Shown one piece after another: positions 1-9,033 of a DNA stretch of 24,000 nt. The notes beneath the pieces are model-generated. The model was not told the DNA's origin, made no database searches, and saw nothing but the letters and a program-made list of their open reading frames with translations. A program made the position numbers and the translations under genes. The stretch is from Alistipes communis (GTDB lineage Bacteria > Bacteroidota > Bacteroidia > Bacteroidales > Rikenellaceae): the NCBI RefSeq assembly GCF_006542665.1, contig NZ_AP019735.1:1148000-1171999 (forward strand). Direction: 5' to 3'. Every line of letters begins with the position of its first letter. Position 1 is the first letter of the stretch.

Positions 1-956
1 CGGACGTAACGCGCATGCTGGTAGTCGTCGAGCATCGGACTGATGACCACACTCATCGGATCCAGCGGCGAGTCGGGATCGGTCCGGTTGTCGCGGTATG
101 TCTGGGTGTAGGTCCAGTTGGCGTCGTTCGCTGCGCCGAGGCCGTCGCCGGCGATCTCCTTCGCGGTCCAAACCTCCAAGTGGGCGATGCCGTAGCGTGC
201 GCCGTCCTCCGGTTTGCCGGTAGTCATGTAGCGCTGATTGAACTGGAAGCCGCGTACGGTCACCTCTTTGCCCAGATCGATGACGAAGTCGTAAGGCGGA
301 TCGGCTTTCTCTTCGTCGGCGTTGCAGTAGCCGAAGGTGTTGATGTCTTTGTCGAACATCTTCTCCACTTCGTAGTTGGGCTTGGCTTTGGGGGCGGCGA
401 GCACCTTCCATCCGCTGCGTTCGAGCAGCACGGGTGCGGGCGGTCCCGGCTTGACGAGCTTGTTGAAGAGGATGTAACGGACACTGCCCGTCGGCGAGAC
501 CGTCGCCTGCGAGTCGCCCTTGATCGAATCGATGGTGATCGGCAACAGGTACGGCTCCTCGTCGGGCATGCGCTCGCTGAACAGCTCCACTTTCATCGTC
601 GAGGAGAGCGTGTTGTAGCGGGGCAGCATGACTTCGGTGGTCGAAAATTCGTAGGCCTCCGAGGGGCAGAGCTTGTATGAGGTTCCGTGCGCCGCGTTAT
701 AGGTCCCGACCAGTTCGGGGGCAGTCTTGAATACGACGGTTATGTAGTTGCCGCTGATCTGCTCGGCCTCCACGCGGATGTCGAGGGTCTGCTTCTTGGG
801 GCTTTCCACCGTAATCACTTCGGCGTCGGCCGTGGCGTCCTGAATGCTCAGCAGGGCAGGCTGCCCGAGCGTCGGACCTTCGTCGTCCTTGCAGCCCGCC
901 GCTGCGATGAGCAGGGCGACGGCGGCCAGAAGACGCATGTTCGCATATCGTTTCAT
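1..956 (-). CDS. Surface lipoprotein with a DUF1735 (BT_3987-like) N-terminal domain and an F5/8 type C (discoidin) domain; partial, C-terminus lies beyond the left edge
   Basis: Absent from the ORF track because no stop lies in the window. I checked every minus-strand codon from 956 down to 3 by hand and found no stop. Translation starts MKRYANMRLLAAVALLIAAAGCKDD (lipoprotein signal with Cys). It continues with a DUF1735-like segment (TAPELVGTYNAAHGTSYKLCPSEAYEF...YLLPITIDS) and a discoidin-like segment (ERSGWKVLAAP...MFDKDINTFGY...YDFVIDLGKEVTVRGFQFNQRY...AHLEVW). It is the last gene of the SusC/SusD operon. Confidence 0.75.
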   Translation of the reverse strand, partial: MKRYANMRLLAAVALLIAAAGCKDDEGPTLGQPALLSIQDATADAEVITVESPKKQTLDIRVEAEQISGNYITVVFKTAPELVGTYNAAHGTSYKLCPSEAYEFSTTEVMLPRYNTLSSTMKVELFSERMPDEEPYLLPITIDSIKGDSQATVSPTGSVRYILFNKLVKPGPPAPVLLERSGWKVLAAPKAKPNYEVEKMFDKDINTFGYCNADEEKADPPYDFVIDLGKEVTVRGFQFNQRYMTTGKPEDGARYGIAHLEVWTAKEIAGDGLGAANDANWTYTQTYRDNRTDPDSPLDPMSVVISPMLDDYQHARYV

Positions 957-987
957 AATCGTTTGCGTTTAAGAGTTCGTCTCAGCA

Positions 988-1881
988 TTAGAATTTGACA
1001 TCGACCAGCACGGGAATATGATCCGAGGCCCTCTTGATGTCGCCTTTGTTGAAGTCGAGCATGATCTTGGTGCCGACCACTTCGCACTTCGCGCCGTTGC
1101 CGTTCCACAACAGGATGTAATCGATACATTTGTCCGGCGCCTGCGAAGAGTGGGTGAAGTCGCTCGCACCGTGGGGCGTCAGGATCGTCCAGTCCGTCTT
1201 CAATTTGGAAATGGTGGGCGAATCGGGACGGGCGTTGAAGTCGCCGCCGAGGAAGACGGGTTTCTTCGAGCCGCCGAATTCTCGTTCGATGACCTTGTTG
1301 ATTTCATCGACCTGCCCTGCCTGAGCCAGCGAGGATACATGGTCGAGGTGGGTGGTGGCGAAGACATATTTCTCGAACTCCACGACGACCATCACGCGGG
1401 GTTCGGCGCCGTCGCCCTTCGGCAGCGGAGCGGCAAAGGCACGAACGGGTTTCTCACGGCTGGCGATTCCGTCGCCGTAGGCTCCGCCCTGATAGGCCAT
1501 CGCCCGCGAATATTCGTAACTCCACTCCTTGCCCATCAACTCGGCGAACTTCTTGAGTTGGAAGACCCTGCCGGTGCGAACCGTACAGCTGTCCAGTTCG
1601 CTGATGCCCACCAGATCGGCTTTGCCCTCGGTCATCATATCGGCGATCATCTGGTAGCTGCCGTCGCTGACGTACTTGGTGAAGACGCCGACGTTGTAGG
1701 TCACCAGACGTGTCGCGCCGTCGGTCTTGGAATAGTAGTCCCGGACGGGTTCTTCGGGGTTTTCGGGTTTCAGATGGGGCGGAACTTCGTCTTCGGAGGA
1801 GGAACTGCTGTTGCAGGCCGTTGCCGGGCAGGTGAGGCCGAGCAGCAGCATGATGGTAAGATATTTTTTCAGGATGTTCAT
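988..1881 (-). CDS. Endonuclease/exonuclease/phosphatase (EEP, DNase I-like fold) family lipoprotein
   Basis: ORF 988..1908; the likely start is MNILKK at 1881. Signal peptide with lipobox (LLLGLTCPATAC). EEP motifs present: LVTYNVG, GISELD, HLDH, GGDFN, SDHIPVLVDVKF at the C-terminus. Same strand as susD and 33 bp downstream of it. Confidence 0.85.
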   Translation of the reverse strand: MNILKKYLTIMLLLGLTCPATACNSSSSSEDEVPPHLKPENPEEPVRDYYSKTDGATRLVTYNVGVFTKYVSDGSYQMIADMMTEGKADLVGISELDSCTVRTGRVFQLKKFAELMGKEWSYEYSRAMAYQGGAYGDGIASREKPVRAFAAPLPKGDGAEPRVMVVVEFEKYVFATTHLDHVSSLAQAGQVDEINKVIEREFGGSKKPVFLGGDFNARPDSPTISKLKTDWTILTPHGASDFTHSSQAPDKCIDYILLWNGNGAKCEVVGTKIMLDFNKGDIKRASDHIPVLVDVKF

Positions 1882-1914
1882 CGTTTCGTTCGTTTTTGAA
1901 GTTAGCATTAAGAA

Positions 1915-3687
1915 TTAAAAGTCGAGGCCGTCGTTCCAGCCGGGGTTTTGCGTCAGGGCACCGCCGGTCAGCGAGCGGTCGTCGGTCGGAATCGGGTAGT
2001 AGTAGTCACGGGCTTCGTTCCACTCGCCCGGATTCTTCTTGTGGGGCGAGATGTAACCGTGATCGCCTTCCGAGAGGAAGATGTCCTGATCGATCTCCAT
2101 GATGAGCGGAGCTTTGGTCGAGGGCGTCTCTCCCTTGGTTTTGAGATAGATGTCGGGCATACCGTCTCCGTCGAGGTCGTATTCGCCCTTGGAGGGGATG
2201 TAGAGGCCCAGCAGCGGCTGCGTGAAGGCCTTGCCCTCTTTCCAGCGGATGAGGTCGTAGTAACGGTGGCCCTCCTGAAGCAGTTCAATGGTGCGCTCGC
2301 GGCGGATTTCGAGCAGTACGCCTTTGTTCGGCCCCGTCACGTTGGGGTAGCCTGTCTCAGGGGCCGAAAGGTACGGGTCGGGGTTGGCGTTGGCGTGATC
2401 CATGTCCAGATTGGGCATACCTACGCGATCGCGCAGTTTCTTGATCGACAGATCGATGTCGGCCTGCGTCAGCGTACCCAGCTCGGCTTTGGCTTCGGCG
2501 TAGTTGAGGTAGATCTCGGCCGTGCGGATGATCGGCAGGTCGGTGTACGAGAGGTTGTACCCGTCGGAACCGAAATCGGCGGGAGCGACGAACTTGATGG
2601 GCTGATAGCCCGTCATGCAGGTCGACAGGCTCGGCACTTCGACCTTGGTGGAGTTGATGCGCGTGTAACCCGGCGTGCGGATCGATTGCGCCAGACGCGG
2701 ATCGCGGTTCCGGCACTCGTCCCGGAACTCCATCGTTTCCCAGCCCGCCTTGTCCGTGAAGCGCGTGCCGTCGGCCATCAGATAGCTGGCGACGATCTTG
2801 CGCGTCAGCCCCGGACGGCCGTAGGAGGTGTTCAGCGAGTAGAAGGTGCTGTTGTGGAATACGCTTAGCCCCTTGTTGTAATCGCGGGCGAGGACGACCT
2901 CGATCTGCTGGGCGTCTTCCGACACGAACAGGTCGCGGTAGGCGGTCTGCGTGCCGCCCGATGTGTAGAGTCCGTAGCCGCTGTTGGTGATGAACTCTTC
3001 GGAAGCCTTCGCCGACAGGCTGAGGTAGTATTTCCAGTCGTTCTCCGGAAGGTCGATGTCGTGGTATTTGCGGAACGTGCCTTCGAAGAGACAGAAACGC
3101 GATTTCAGGGCCAGAGCCGTCCATTTCGTGATACGGTAGAGGTCGTGTTTGGCGGGCAGGTAGCGGATGGCGAAATCGATGTCCTCGATCATGCGCTGCA
3201 TGACGTATTCTCGCGAATCGCGCGGACGATTGAGCTCAGCATCGGCCGAGCCGATCGGTTTCGCATACCACGGCACGTCGCCGAACCGCTTGATCTTTTC
3301 GAAATAGAAATAGGCGCGGAAGAAACGGGCCAGCGCGTCGTAGTGGTTACGGACGTCGAGGTCCTTGCAGTTGACCGAGTATTCGAGCAGCGTGTTGATA
3401 TCGCGCAGGTCGGTCCATGTCCAGCCGCCGCCCGATGCGGGGATCGTGCGGCCGCCGCGCATCTCCTGAGGCAGGTCGTTGTGAATGATGTTGTCCCAGT
3501 ACTCGTTGTAGAGCCCGTCGGACGGGAAGACCGTGTAGAATTTGTTGCTGAAAGCCTGCAACTCGTTTTCGTTCGAGAAGAAGGTTTCGGGCGACATTTG
3601 GGCCAGCGGGTATTTGTCGAGCCACTCTTCGCAGGAGACGAGCGCCATGGTGCAGCCTGCGGCCAGTATCAATAATATTTTTTTCAT
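1915..3687 (-). CDS. SusD/RagB family nutrient-binding outer-membrane lipoprotein
   Basis: ORF 1915..3717; the likely start is MKKILLILAAGCTMALVSC at 3687 (lipobox). About 590 aa, starting 16 nt after the SusC stop. Shows SusD-like composition and TPR-like N-terminal region (FFSNENELQAFSNKFY, LRAYFYFEKIKRFGDVPW). Confidence 0.93.
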   Translation of the reverse strand: MKKILLILAAGCTMALVSCEEWLDKYPLAQMSPETFFSNENELQAFSNKFYTVFPSDGLYNEYWDNIIHNDLPQEMRGGRTIPASGGGWTWTDLRDINTLLEYSVNCKDLDVRNHYDALARFFRAYFYFEKIKRFGDVPWYAKPIGSADAELNRPRDSREYVMQRMIEDIDFAIRYLPAKHDLYRITKWTALALKSRFCLFEGTFRKYHDIDLPENDWKYYLSLSAKASEEFITNSGYGLYTSGGTQTAYRDLFVSEDAQQIEVVLARDYNKGLSVFHNSTFYSLNTSYGRPGLTRKIVASYLMADGTRFTDKAGWETMEFRDECRNRDPRLAQSIRTPGYTRINSTKVEVPSLSTCMTGYQPIKFVAPADFGSDGYNLSYTDLPIIRTAEIYLNYAEAKAELGTLTQADIDLSIKKLRDRVGMPNLDMDHANANPDPYLSAPETGYPNVTGPNKGVLLEIRRERTIELLQEGHRYYDLIRWKEGKAFTQPLLGLYIPSKGEYDLDGDGMPDIYLKTKGETPSTKAPLIMEIDQDIFLSEGDHGYISPHKKNPGEWNEARDYYYPIPTDDRSLTGGALTQNPGWNDGLDF

Positions 3688-3703
3688 GGTTCTGCTTGTT
3701 TGA

Positions 3704-6700
3704 TTAGAATGTGACATCCACGCCGAACATGTAGGTCTTCTGCCACGGATAGGTGCGCATCTCGTCGTTCATGGCGGCCATTTCGGGATCGATATAGTCC
3801 GAGTGGATGGGCGACCATGTGGCGAGATTCTCTCCCGTGAAGTAGACGCGAAGGTTTTCGATCAACACTTTGCGGGTCCATTTCTTAGGCAGCGTGTAGC
3901 CTATCGTGAGGTTCTTCAGACGGCAGTAGCGGATGTTCTGCATATAGCGGTCGTTGACGGCCGTCAGCTCGCGGTTGGTGCCTGAAAGGGCTACATAGCC
4001 GCGCGGACGGGGGAAATAGGCGTCGGGATTCTCTTCGCTCCAATACATTTCGTGGAAGTCTTTGGGAATCCAGCTCGCATACGGACGGGCATAGGGTCCC
4101 CAGAAGGCGATCGTATTGGCTTTGGGATACCAGTGGCGGCGTCCGATGCCCTGAAAGAAGATCGAAAAGTCGATGCCCGCCCACGACATGCTCAGCGTCG
4201 TGCCGTAATGGAACCGCGGCTGGCTGTTGCCGATGATCTCCCGGTCGCCCGGATCGTCGACCGTGTTCTTGCCGATGGAGATCACGTTGTCGCCGTCCAG
4301 ATCGAGGAATTTCAGGTCGCCGGCGTGCAGGCCGCGTTCCGAGCCGGCCGCAGCGTTGATCCGGTTGTTGACGGCGGTCTGATCGACGGCATAGCCGGCA
4401 GCCTCGGCGTCCGTGGCGAAGAGTCCGCCGATGCGGTAGCCCCAGATCTCACCCCAGCGCATACCTTCGTAGTAGGACTTGGCGAACGTGCGGTCGGGGT
4501 TGTCGTATTTGGTGATGTCGGTCACGTAGTCGTTGAAGGTAACCGTCACGCTGTAAGTGAACGGCCGGCGCAGAAGCTGGAACTCGTCGCGCCAGCTGAG
4601 CGAGAGCTCGTAACCCTTGGTGCGCAGGTCGGCGCTGTTCATCTTGGGCGAATCGGCGCCGTAGACGCTCGGCAGGGCGACGCCGGAGGTCAGCATGTCC
4701 TTCGTATCGCGGATGTAGAAGTCGGCGCTGAAAGCCAGACGGTTGTTCAGGAAGCTCATGTCTACGCCCAGATTGTTGTGGATCGAGGTTTCCCACGAGA
4801 GGTTCGAGGCCACGGGGGCCGAAATGGTGGCCGTCGTGGGTTTGTCGCCGCCGAACAAATAGTTCTGGTTGCCGATCGAGATTTTGCGGATATAGTCGTA
4901 GTAGCCTACGTTCTGGTTACCCAGCTGTCCGTACGAATACCTGATCTTGAAGTTGTTGAATTTTTCGCGGATGCCCTCGAAGAAAGGCTCTTCCGAGATG
5001 CGCCATCCGAGCGAGAACGAGGGGAAGAAACCCCAGCGGTGACCGCGCTTGAAGCGCGACGTGCCGTCGTAGCGGCCGCTCACCTCCACGAGGTATTTGC
5101 CTTTGTAATCGTAGTTCAGACGGCCGAAGAAGCCCATCAGGGCGTATTCGTTCTGGCCGCCGCCGACCTCCATGCGTTCGTTGCCGTCGGCGTCCTGTCC
5201 CACCAGATTGAGGTCCATCAGCGTTTCGGAGAGCAGGTTGTAGCCCGTGGCCGATACGTCTTTGAGGTACTTGGTCTCCCAGTTGAAACCGGCCATCGCC
5301 TTGAAGTTGTGCTTCTCGTTCCACGTGTGTGCGTAGGTGGCGTAGACGTTGGCCTGATAGTAGTTGTGCATCATGGTCTTTTCGTAGAGCTTGTCTTGGA
5401 AGCGGCTGCCCGTCGAGAGGGTTTGCACTTCGCCCGGATACTGCGAGTATTCGGTATTGACCTGACGGTTGAGGTTGTGCTGGGTGTTGAACATGTAGGT
5501 GAAGTTACCCTTGATCTCCAACCCTTTGACCGGGGTCCACGTCAGCTCCGTGGTGGTCGACATGTTGTCGGTCTTGTCCTTGTTGTAGTGGCCGCCCTTG
5601 TTCATGATCGTGGGCAGGCCGTCCATGATCGAGTATTTCGACAGCGAGGTGTAGTAGACGCTCGTGCCGTCGGGGTTATAGGGCATCATCGAGGCCAGTG
5701 CGTGTACCGTGCCGAGCGAGAAGGCTGTATTGACTCCGCTGGGGCCGGGGTAGTAGTACTGGTAGTTGTAGTAGCTGGTGTTATTGCTGATTTTTAGCCA
5801 CTTGTTGATGTCGAACGAAATTTTCGAACGGAAGTTGATCCGCTGCAAGCGGTCGGGGTCCTGACGGAAGAGTCCCTCTTCGCTGTAATAGTTGCCCGAA
5901 AGCATGTACTTCACCTTCGAGTTGCCGCCCGACAGCGAGACGCTGTGGCTCGTGCTGGGATGCTCGTCCTTGAACAGGTAGTGGTACCAGTCGAAGTTGG
6001 CGTAATAGACATATGTGTCGCGGCCGTCGCGCTGGTCGATCTTCACCCACGGACGTTCGGGATTTTCGACCTTGTCGTTGCGGCGGGCCCATAATTCCAT
6101 CATGTCCTGCTCGGTATAGTTGGTGTAGTTGGTACCTGCATCGGCATGCCAGAACAGGTCGTTGACGTACACCGAATAGTAGCCGCGGGTCTCGTAATCG
6201 GTCGAGGTGGTGGGGGAATTCCACCCCCAGCGTCCGCTGTACGACACGCGGGTTTTGTCCGAATCGTCGCCCTCCTTGGTAGTCACCAGTACGACGCCGT
6301 AAGCCGCGCGTGCGCCGTAGATGGCGGCGGCCGAGGCATCCTTGATCACCGAGATCGAGGCCACGTCGTTGGGGTTGAGTTTCATCAGGTCGCCTTCGGC
6401 GCCGTCGATCAGCACGAGCGGCGAACCGCCGTTGATCGAGGTGATACCGCGGATGTTCAGGTCGGCCGAGTTGCCCGGACGGCCCGACGAGGTCGAGATC
6501 GTCAGACCCGGAACCGCACCTTGAAGCATGTGGGCTACGGACGGCGCCGAACGGTTTGCAAGCTGCGTGTCGTCCACCGTGGTGATGGCTCCCGTCAGAT
6601 TGACCTTCTTCTGGGTGCCGTAACCTACTACTACGACGTCCTCCATCCTCACGGCGTCTTCTGCGAGGAATACCTCGAGACTGTTCTGCGAGACGGGCAC

Positions 6701-7219
6701 CGAGACTTTCTTGGAGATGTAGCCCAAGTAGGTGAAGCTGAGCACCGCATCGGCGTCGGGAACGGTGATGGTGAAACTGCCGTTGTTCCCGGAAACGGTG
6801 CCGCGGGTATTATCGCCCTCCAGCGTGACGGCGACGCCGGCCAACGGCAGTTCGTGGGAGTCGTTGACCGTACCGGTGATCGTGCGCGATCCGGCCGGAG
6901 CCTTGCGTGCCGCGGGAATCAGGGCGATCTGGCGTTCGGATATCGTGAAGTCGAGACCCGTCGGGGCGAGCATCTGGCGCAGGGCGGCGGAGATCGGCAG
7001 CTGTTTGGCGTGAAGGCTGACGCGCAGGGTCAGATCGGTCTGTTTGGCGTCGTAGAAAAACGTGTATTTGCTGCTCTTCTCGATGCGCGATATGGCTTCC
7101 GAAAGGGGTATGTCGGTGAACTCTATGTTGATCGCCGGCTCCTGCGTCTGGCCATGTGCAACCGTTGTCCATTTGCAGACGAGCAGCAATAGAATTGCGA
7201 AGAGTCTAAAATGTTTCAT
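3704..7219 (-). CDS. SusC/RagA family TonB-dependent outer-membrane transducer with an N-terminal STN signalling domain
   Basis: 1171 aa. Signal peptide MKHFRLFAILLLLVCKWTTVAHG. STN domain (IEFTDIPLSEAISRIEKSSKYTFFYD...GLDFTISERQIALIP). CarboxypepD_reg-like domain (ITGTVNDSHELPLAGVAVTLEG). Plug motifs (VVVVGYGTQKK, NIRGITSINGGSPLVLIDG). Barrel ends in ...MFGVDVTF. Confidence 0.95.
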   Translation of the reverse strand: MKHFRLFAILLLLVCKWTTVAHGQTQEPAINIEFTDIPLSEAISRIEKSSKYTFFYDAKQTDLTLRVSLHAKQLPISAALRQMLAPTGLDFTISERQIALIPAARKAPAGSRTITGTVNDSHELPLAGVAVTLEGDNTRGTVSGNNGSFTITVPDADAVLSFTYLGYISKKVSVPVSQNSLEVFLAEDAVRMEDVVVVGYGTQKKVNLTGAITTVDDTQLANRSAPSVAHMLQGAVPGLTISTSSGRPGNSADLNIRGITSINGGSPLVLIDGAEGDLMKLNPNDVASISVIKDASAAAIYGARAAYGVVLVTTKEGDDSDKTRVSYSGRWGWNSPTTSTDYETRGYYSVYVNDLFWHADAGTNYTNYTEQDMMELWARRNDKVENPERPWVKIDQRDGRDTYVYYANFDWYHYLFKDEHPSTSHSVSLSGGNSKVKYMLSGNYYSEEGLFRQDPDRLQRINFRSKISFDINKWLKISNNTSYYNYQYYYPGPSGVNTAFSLGTVHALASMMPYNPDGTSVYYTSLSKYSIMDGLPTIMNKGGHYNKDKTDNMSTTTELTWTPVKGLEIKGNFTYMFNTQHNLNRQVNTEYSQYPGEVQTLSTGSRFQDKLYEKTMMHNYYQANVYATYAHTWNEKHNFKAMAGFNWETKYLKDVSATGYNLLSETLMDLNLVGQDADGNERMEVGGGQNEYALMGFFGRLNYDYKGKYLVEVSGRYDGTSRFKRGHRWGFFPSFSLGWRISEEPFFEGIREKFNNFKIRYSYGQLGNQNVGYYDYIRKISIGNQNYLFGGDKPTTATISAPVASNLSWETSIHNNLGVDMSFLNNRLAFSADFYIRDTKDMLTSGVALPSVYGADSPKMNSADLRTKGYELSLSWRDEFQLLRRPFTYSVTVTFNDYVTDITKYDNPDRTFAKSYYEGMRWGEIWGYRIGGLFATDAEAAGYAVDQTAVNNRINAAAGSERGLHAGDLKFLDLDGDNVISIGKNTVDDPGDREIIGNSQPRFHYGTTLSMSWAGIDFSIFFQGIGRRHWYPKANTIAFWGPYARPYASWIPKDFHEMYWSEENPDAYFPRPRGYVALSGTNRELTAVNDRYMQNIRYCRLKNLTIGYTLPKKWTRKVLIENLRVYFTGENLATWSPIHSDYIDPEMAAMNDEMRTYPWQKTYMFGVDVTF

Positions 7220-7347
7220 GGTTGGAAGTTTTAAGGTTAGCGAGTGTTTGCAGCGGCGGGTGCTGCCGCTGGAGAAATTGCGTGCGATTCAGCTCTGTTC
7301 GGTCATAGGCATTCGGGGTTTGGTTGGAGTTTGGTCGGTTTACGGTT

Positions 7348-8349
7348 TTATTCTACCTCGGAGATGGACACCGAGCGGTTGTCCGAGAAGGTGTAGACGA
7401 TCGGATTGATGCGGCTCATGATGCGCAGAATCGCTTCGAGCGGTTCGTCGGTAATGGTGAACGTGTAGGCGTAGTTGCGGGCGAGTGCCGGAGAGATGTC
7501 GATCCGGATGTCGTACCAGCGAGACAGGTAGCGGCAGATTTCGCCCAGCGACTGCCGCTCGAAGACCAGTTTGCCCGCGGCCCAGCAGGATTCCAGCTCC
7601 ACGTTGCCGCGACGGATGTCCAGCTTTTGTGTGGCGGTGTTGTAGCGGGCGATTTCACCGGGGTACAGCTGGCGCTGTTCGCCTTTGCCGGAGTCGAGGG
7701 CCACCGAACCCTCTACGAGCGATACGGCGACGGTCCGGTCTTCGAGCGAGGTGTTCACGTTGAATTTGGTGCCGTGAACCCGTATGCGCAACCCTTCCAC
7801 TTCGACCGTGAAGGGGCGTTCGGGATCTTTGGCAATGTCGAAAAATCCCTCTCCGCGAAGCTTTACGTTGCGGCTTTCGGCGCCGAAGGAGCCGTCGCAG
7901 GCAAGCGTCGAGCCGCTTTGAAGCCATACGGTCGAACCGTCGGCCAGGTGTGCCAGCGATTTACCGCCGAAGGCGCAGAACTCCTGTCGGGCCGGACTCG
8001 GTGTGAGGGCGGCGTCGGGACGGACTGCGAAGAGCGTGACGACGACGCCCGCGGCGACGGCAGCCGCCGTGCGAAGTATCGGCACCCAACGGCGTTTCGG
8101 CGCGGGCCGTTCCGTAGGCTGCGGCGATCCGGAAACTCCGATACGTGACTGCAACTGTTCCCAGAGCCGATCGCGGTCGGGAGTGTAAGCTGCGGCGCGG
8201 CGCTGTGTGTCGTCCCATATGCGGAGGGCGTTTTCGTAGATGCGGAGGTTGTCCGCATTCGAGACCCACAGGTCGAATTCGCGGCGCGATGCGGTGTCCA
8301 GCGTGCCTTTCAGCGCACGGATCAGAAGATCCCTGTTATGTTTGTCCAT
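7348..8349 (-). CDS. FecR-family anti-sigma factor / transmembrane sensor
   Basis: 333 aa. Cytoplasmic N-terminal anti-sigma region (FDLWVSNADNLRIYENALRIWDD), one TM helix (WVPILRTAAAVAAGVVVTLFAV), then a periplasmic FecR/DUF4974-like C-terminus. Lies directly upstream of an STN-bearing SusC, the usual trans-envelope signalling layout. Confidence 0.9.
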   Translation of the reverse strand: MDKHNRDLLIRALKGTLDTASRREFDLWVSNADNLRIYENALRIWDDTQRRAAAYTPDRDRLWEQLQSRIGVSGSPQPTERPAPKRRWVPILRTAAAVAAGVVVTLFAVRPDAALTPSPARQEFCAFGGKSLAHLADGSTVWLQSGSTLACDGSFGAESRNVKLRGEGFFDIAKDPERPFTVEVEGLRIRVHGTKFNVNTSLEDRTVAVSLVEGSVALDSGKGEQRQLYPGEIARYNTATQKLDIRRGNVELESCWAAGKLVFERQSLGEICRYLSRWYDIRIDISPALARNYAYTFTITDEPLEAILRIMSRINPIVYTFSDNRSVSISEVE

Positions 8350-8379
8350 GACGGTATTCGGGTTTTATCCGAAGACACG

Positions 8380-8418
8380 AAAAAGGCGGCCGACCCTTAC
8401 GGGCCGACCGCTTTTTTT
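8380..8418. terminator. Bidirectional rho-independent-type hairpin (A5, imperfect GC-rich stem, T7)
   Basis: AAAAAGGCGGCCGACCC-TTAC-GGGCCGACCGCTTTTTTT. About 11 stem positions with 2 mismatches, an A-run on the left and a T-run on the right. Located 31 nt upstream of the fecR start codon. Confidence 0.55.
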
Positions 8419-8469
8419 GCGATTTCTTAGCGGAATGTCTCCGGATATTCCTCCGCGGACGCTTCGTAT

Positions 8470-9030
8470 GTGCCGGTAACGGCGACTATCGACCCAAAAC
8501 ATGTGGTCGTTCGACACAACGACGCGTTTCGTGATCGTTTAAGGGAATGTTTCGAAATCGACGCATATGAAAGTGTTCTGAAAACGGTCATACGAAATCG
8601 CCTGAAAAAGTCTATTACGAGTACCAATGGTAAATACCATACAGAACCCTCGGCCGAAGCATTGAAGGATTTCGACAGACGGCTGTCGGTGCAGGATACG
8701 GAGGACAGGCCCGTATTTGATGCTTTGATAGCATATTCCAGAAGCTCGACTTCTCAACGTATACATGACCAAGATATTATCGAAGGATTTACGAAATTCC
8801 TTTTGACGGATTTCAGGCAGGATGCCGGACACATATTTTCCCGTTTCATGCTTTCCGAAGAAAACGATAAGGAGTCTGAACCAAATTATATCATTTCCGG
8901 ACTGAAAGACATTACCGAATCGACAGATCTAAATACGATAGGCAGTCGGACGACCAACCGACGATCTATCTCGATACGGAAGAACCGTTCAGTGCATATG
9001 AATAAGGTTGGAATGGGTACCCTGTTTTAA
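8470..9030 (+). CDS. Hypothetical protein (orphan, low-GC, GTG start); may be a gene remnant
   Basis: 186-aa ORF. The only start before residue about 125 is GTG at 8470, and an in-frame TAG lies at 8428. The N-terminal two-thirds look protein-like, but the C-terminal tail is low-complexity (RTTNRRSISIRKNRS). I recognise no family. Composition is far lower in GC than both flanks. Confidence 0.35.
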   Translation: MPVTATIDPKHVVVRHNDAFRDRLRECFEIDAYESVLKTVIRNRLKKSITSTNGKYHTEPSAEALKDFDRRLSVQDTEDRPVFDALIAYSRSSTSQRIHDQDIIEGFTKFLLTDFRQDAGHIFSRFMLSEENDKESEPNYIISGLKDITESTDLNTIGSRTTNRRSISIRKNRSVHMNKVGMGTLF

Positions 9031-9033
9031 GTT

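Noticed and set aside
4052-5797. A 581-aa plus-strand ORF antisense to susC. Similar long ORFs occur at 15-680, 1018-1899, 1948-2868, 6146-7192 and 7324-8148.
   Set aside because: These are shadow ORFs typical of GC-rich DNA. They are rich in Arg/Gly/Val/Ala/His with no recognisable motifs, and each lies wholly antisense to a gene with strong family signatures.
7251-7271. Hairpin CAGCGGC-N7-GCCGCTG between fecR and susC, as a possible terminator.
   Set aside because: The stem is only 7 bp and no T-run follows on the coding (minus) strand. At most it is a weak attenuator, and the evidence is insufficient.
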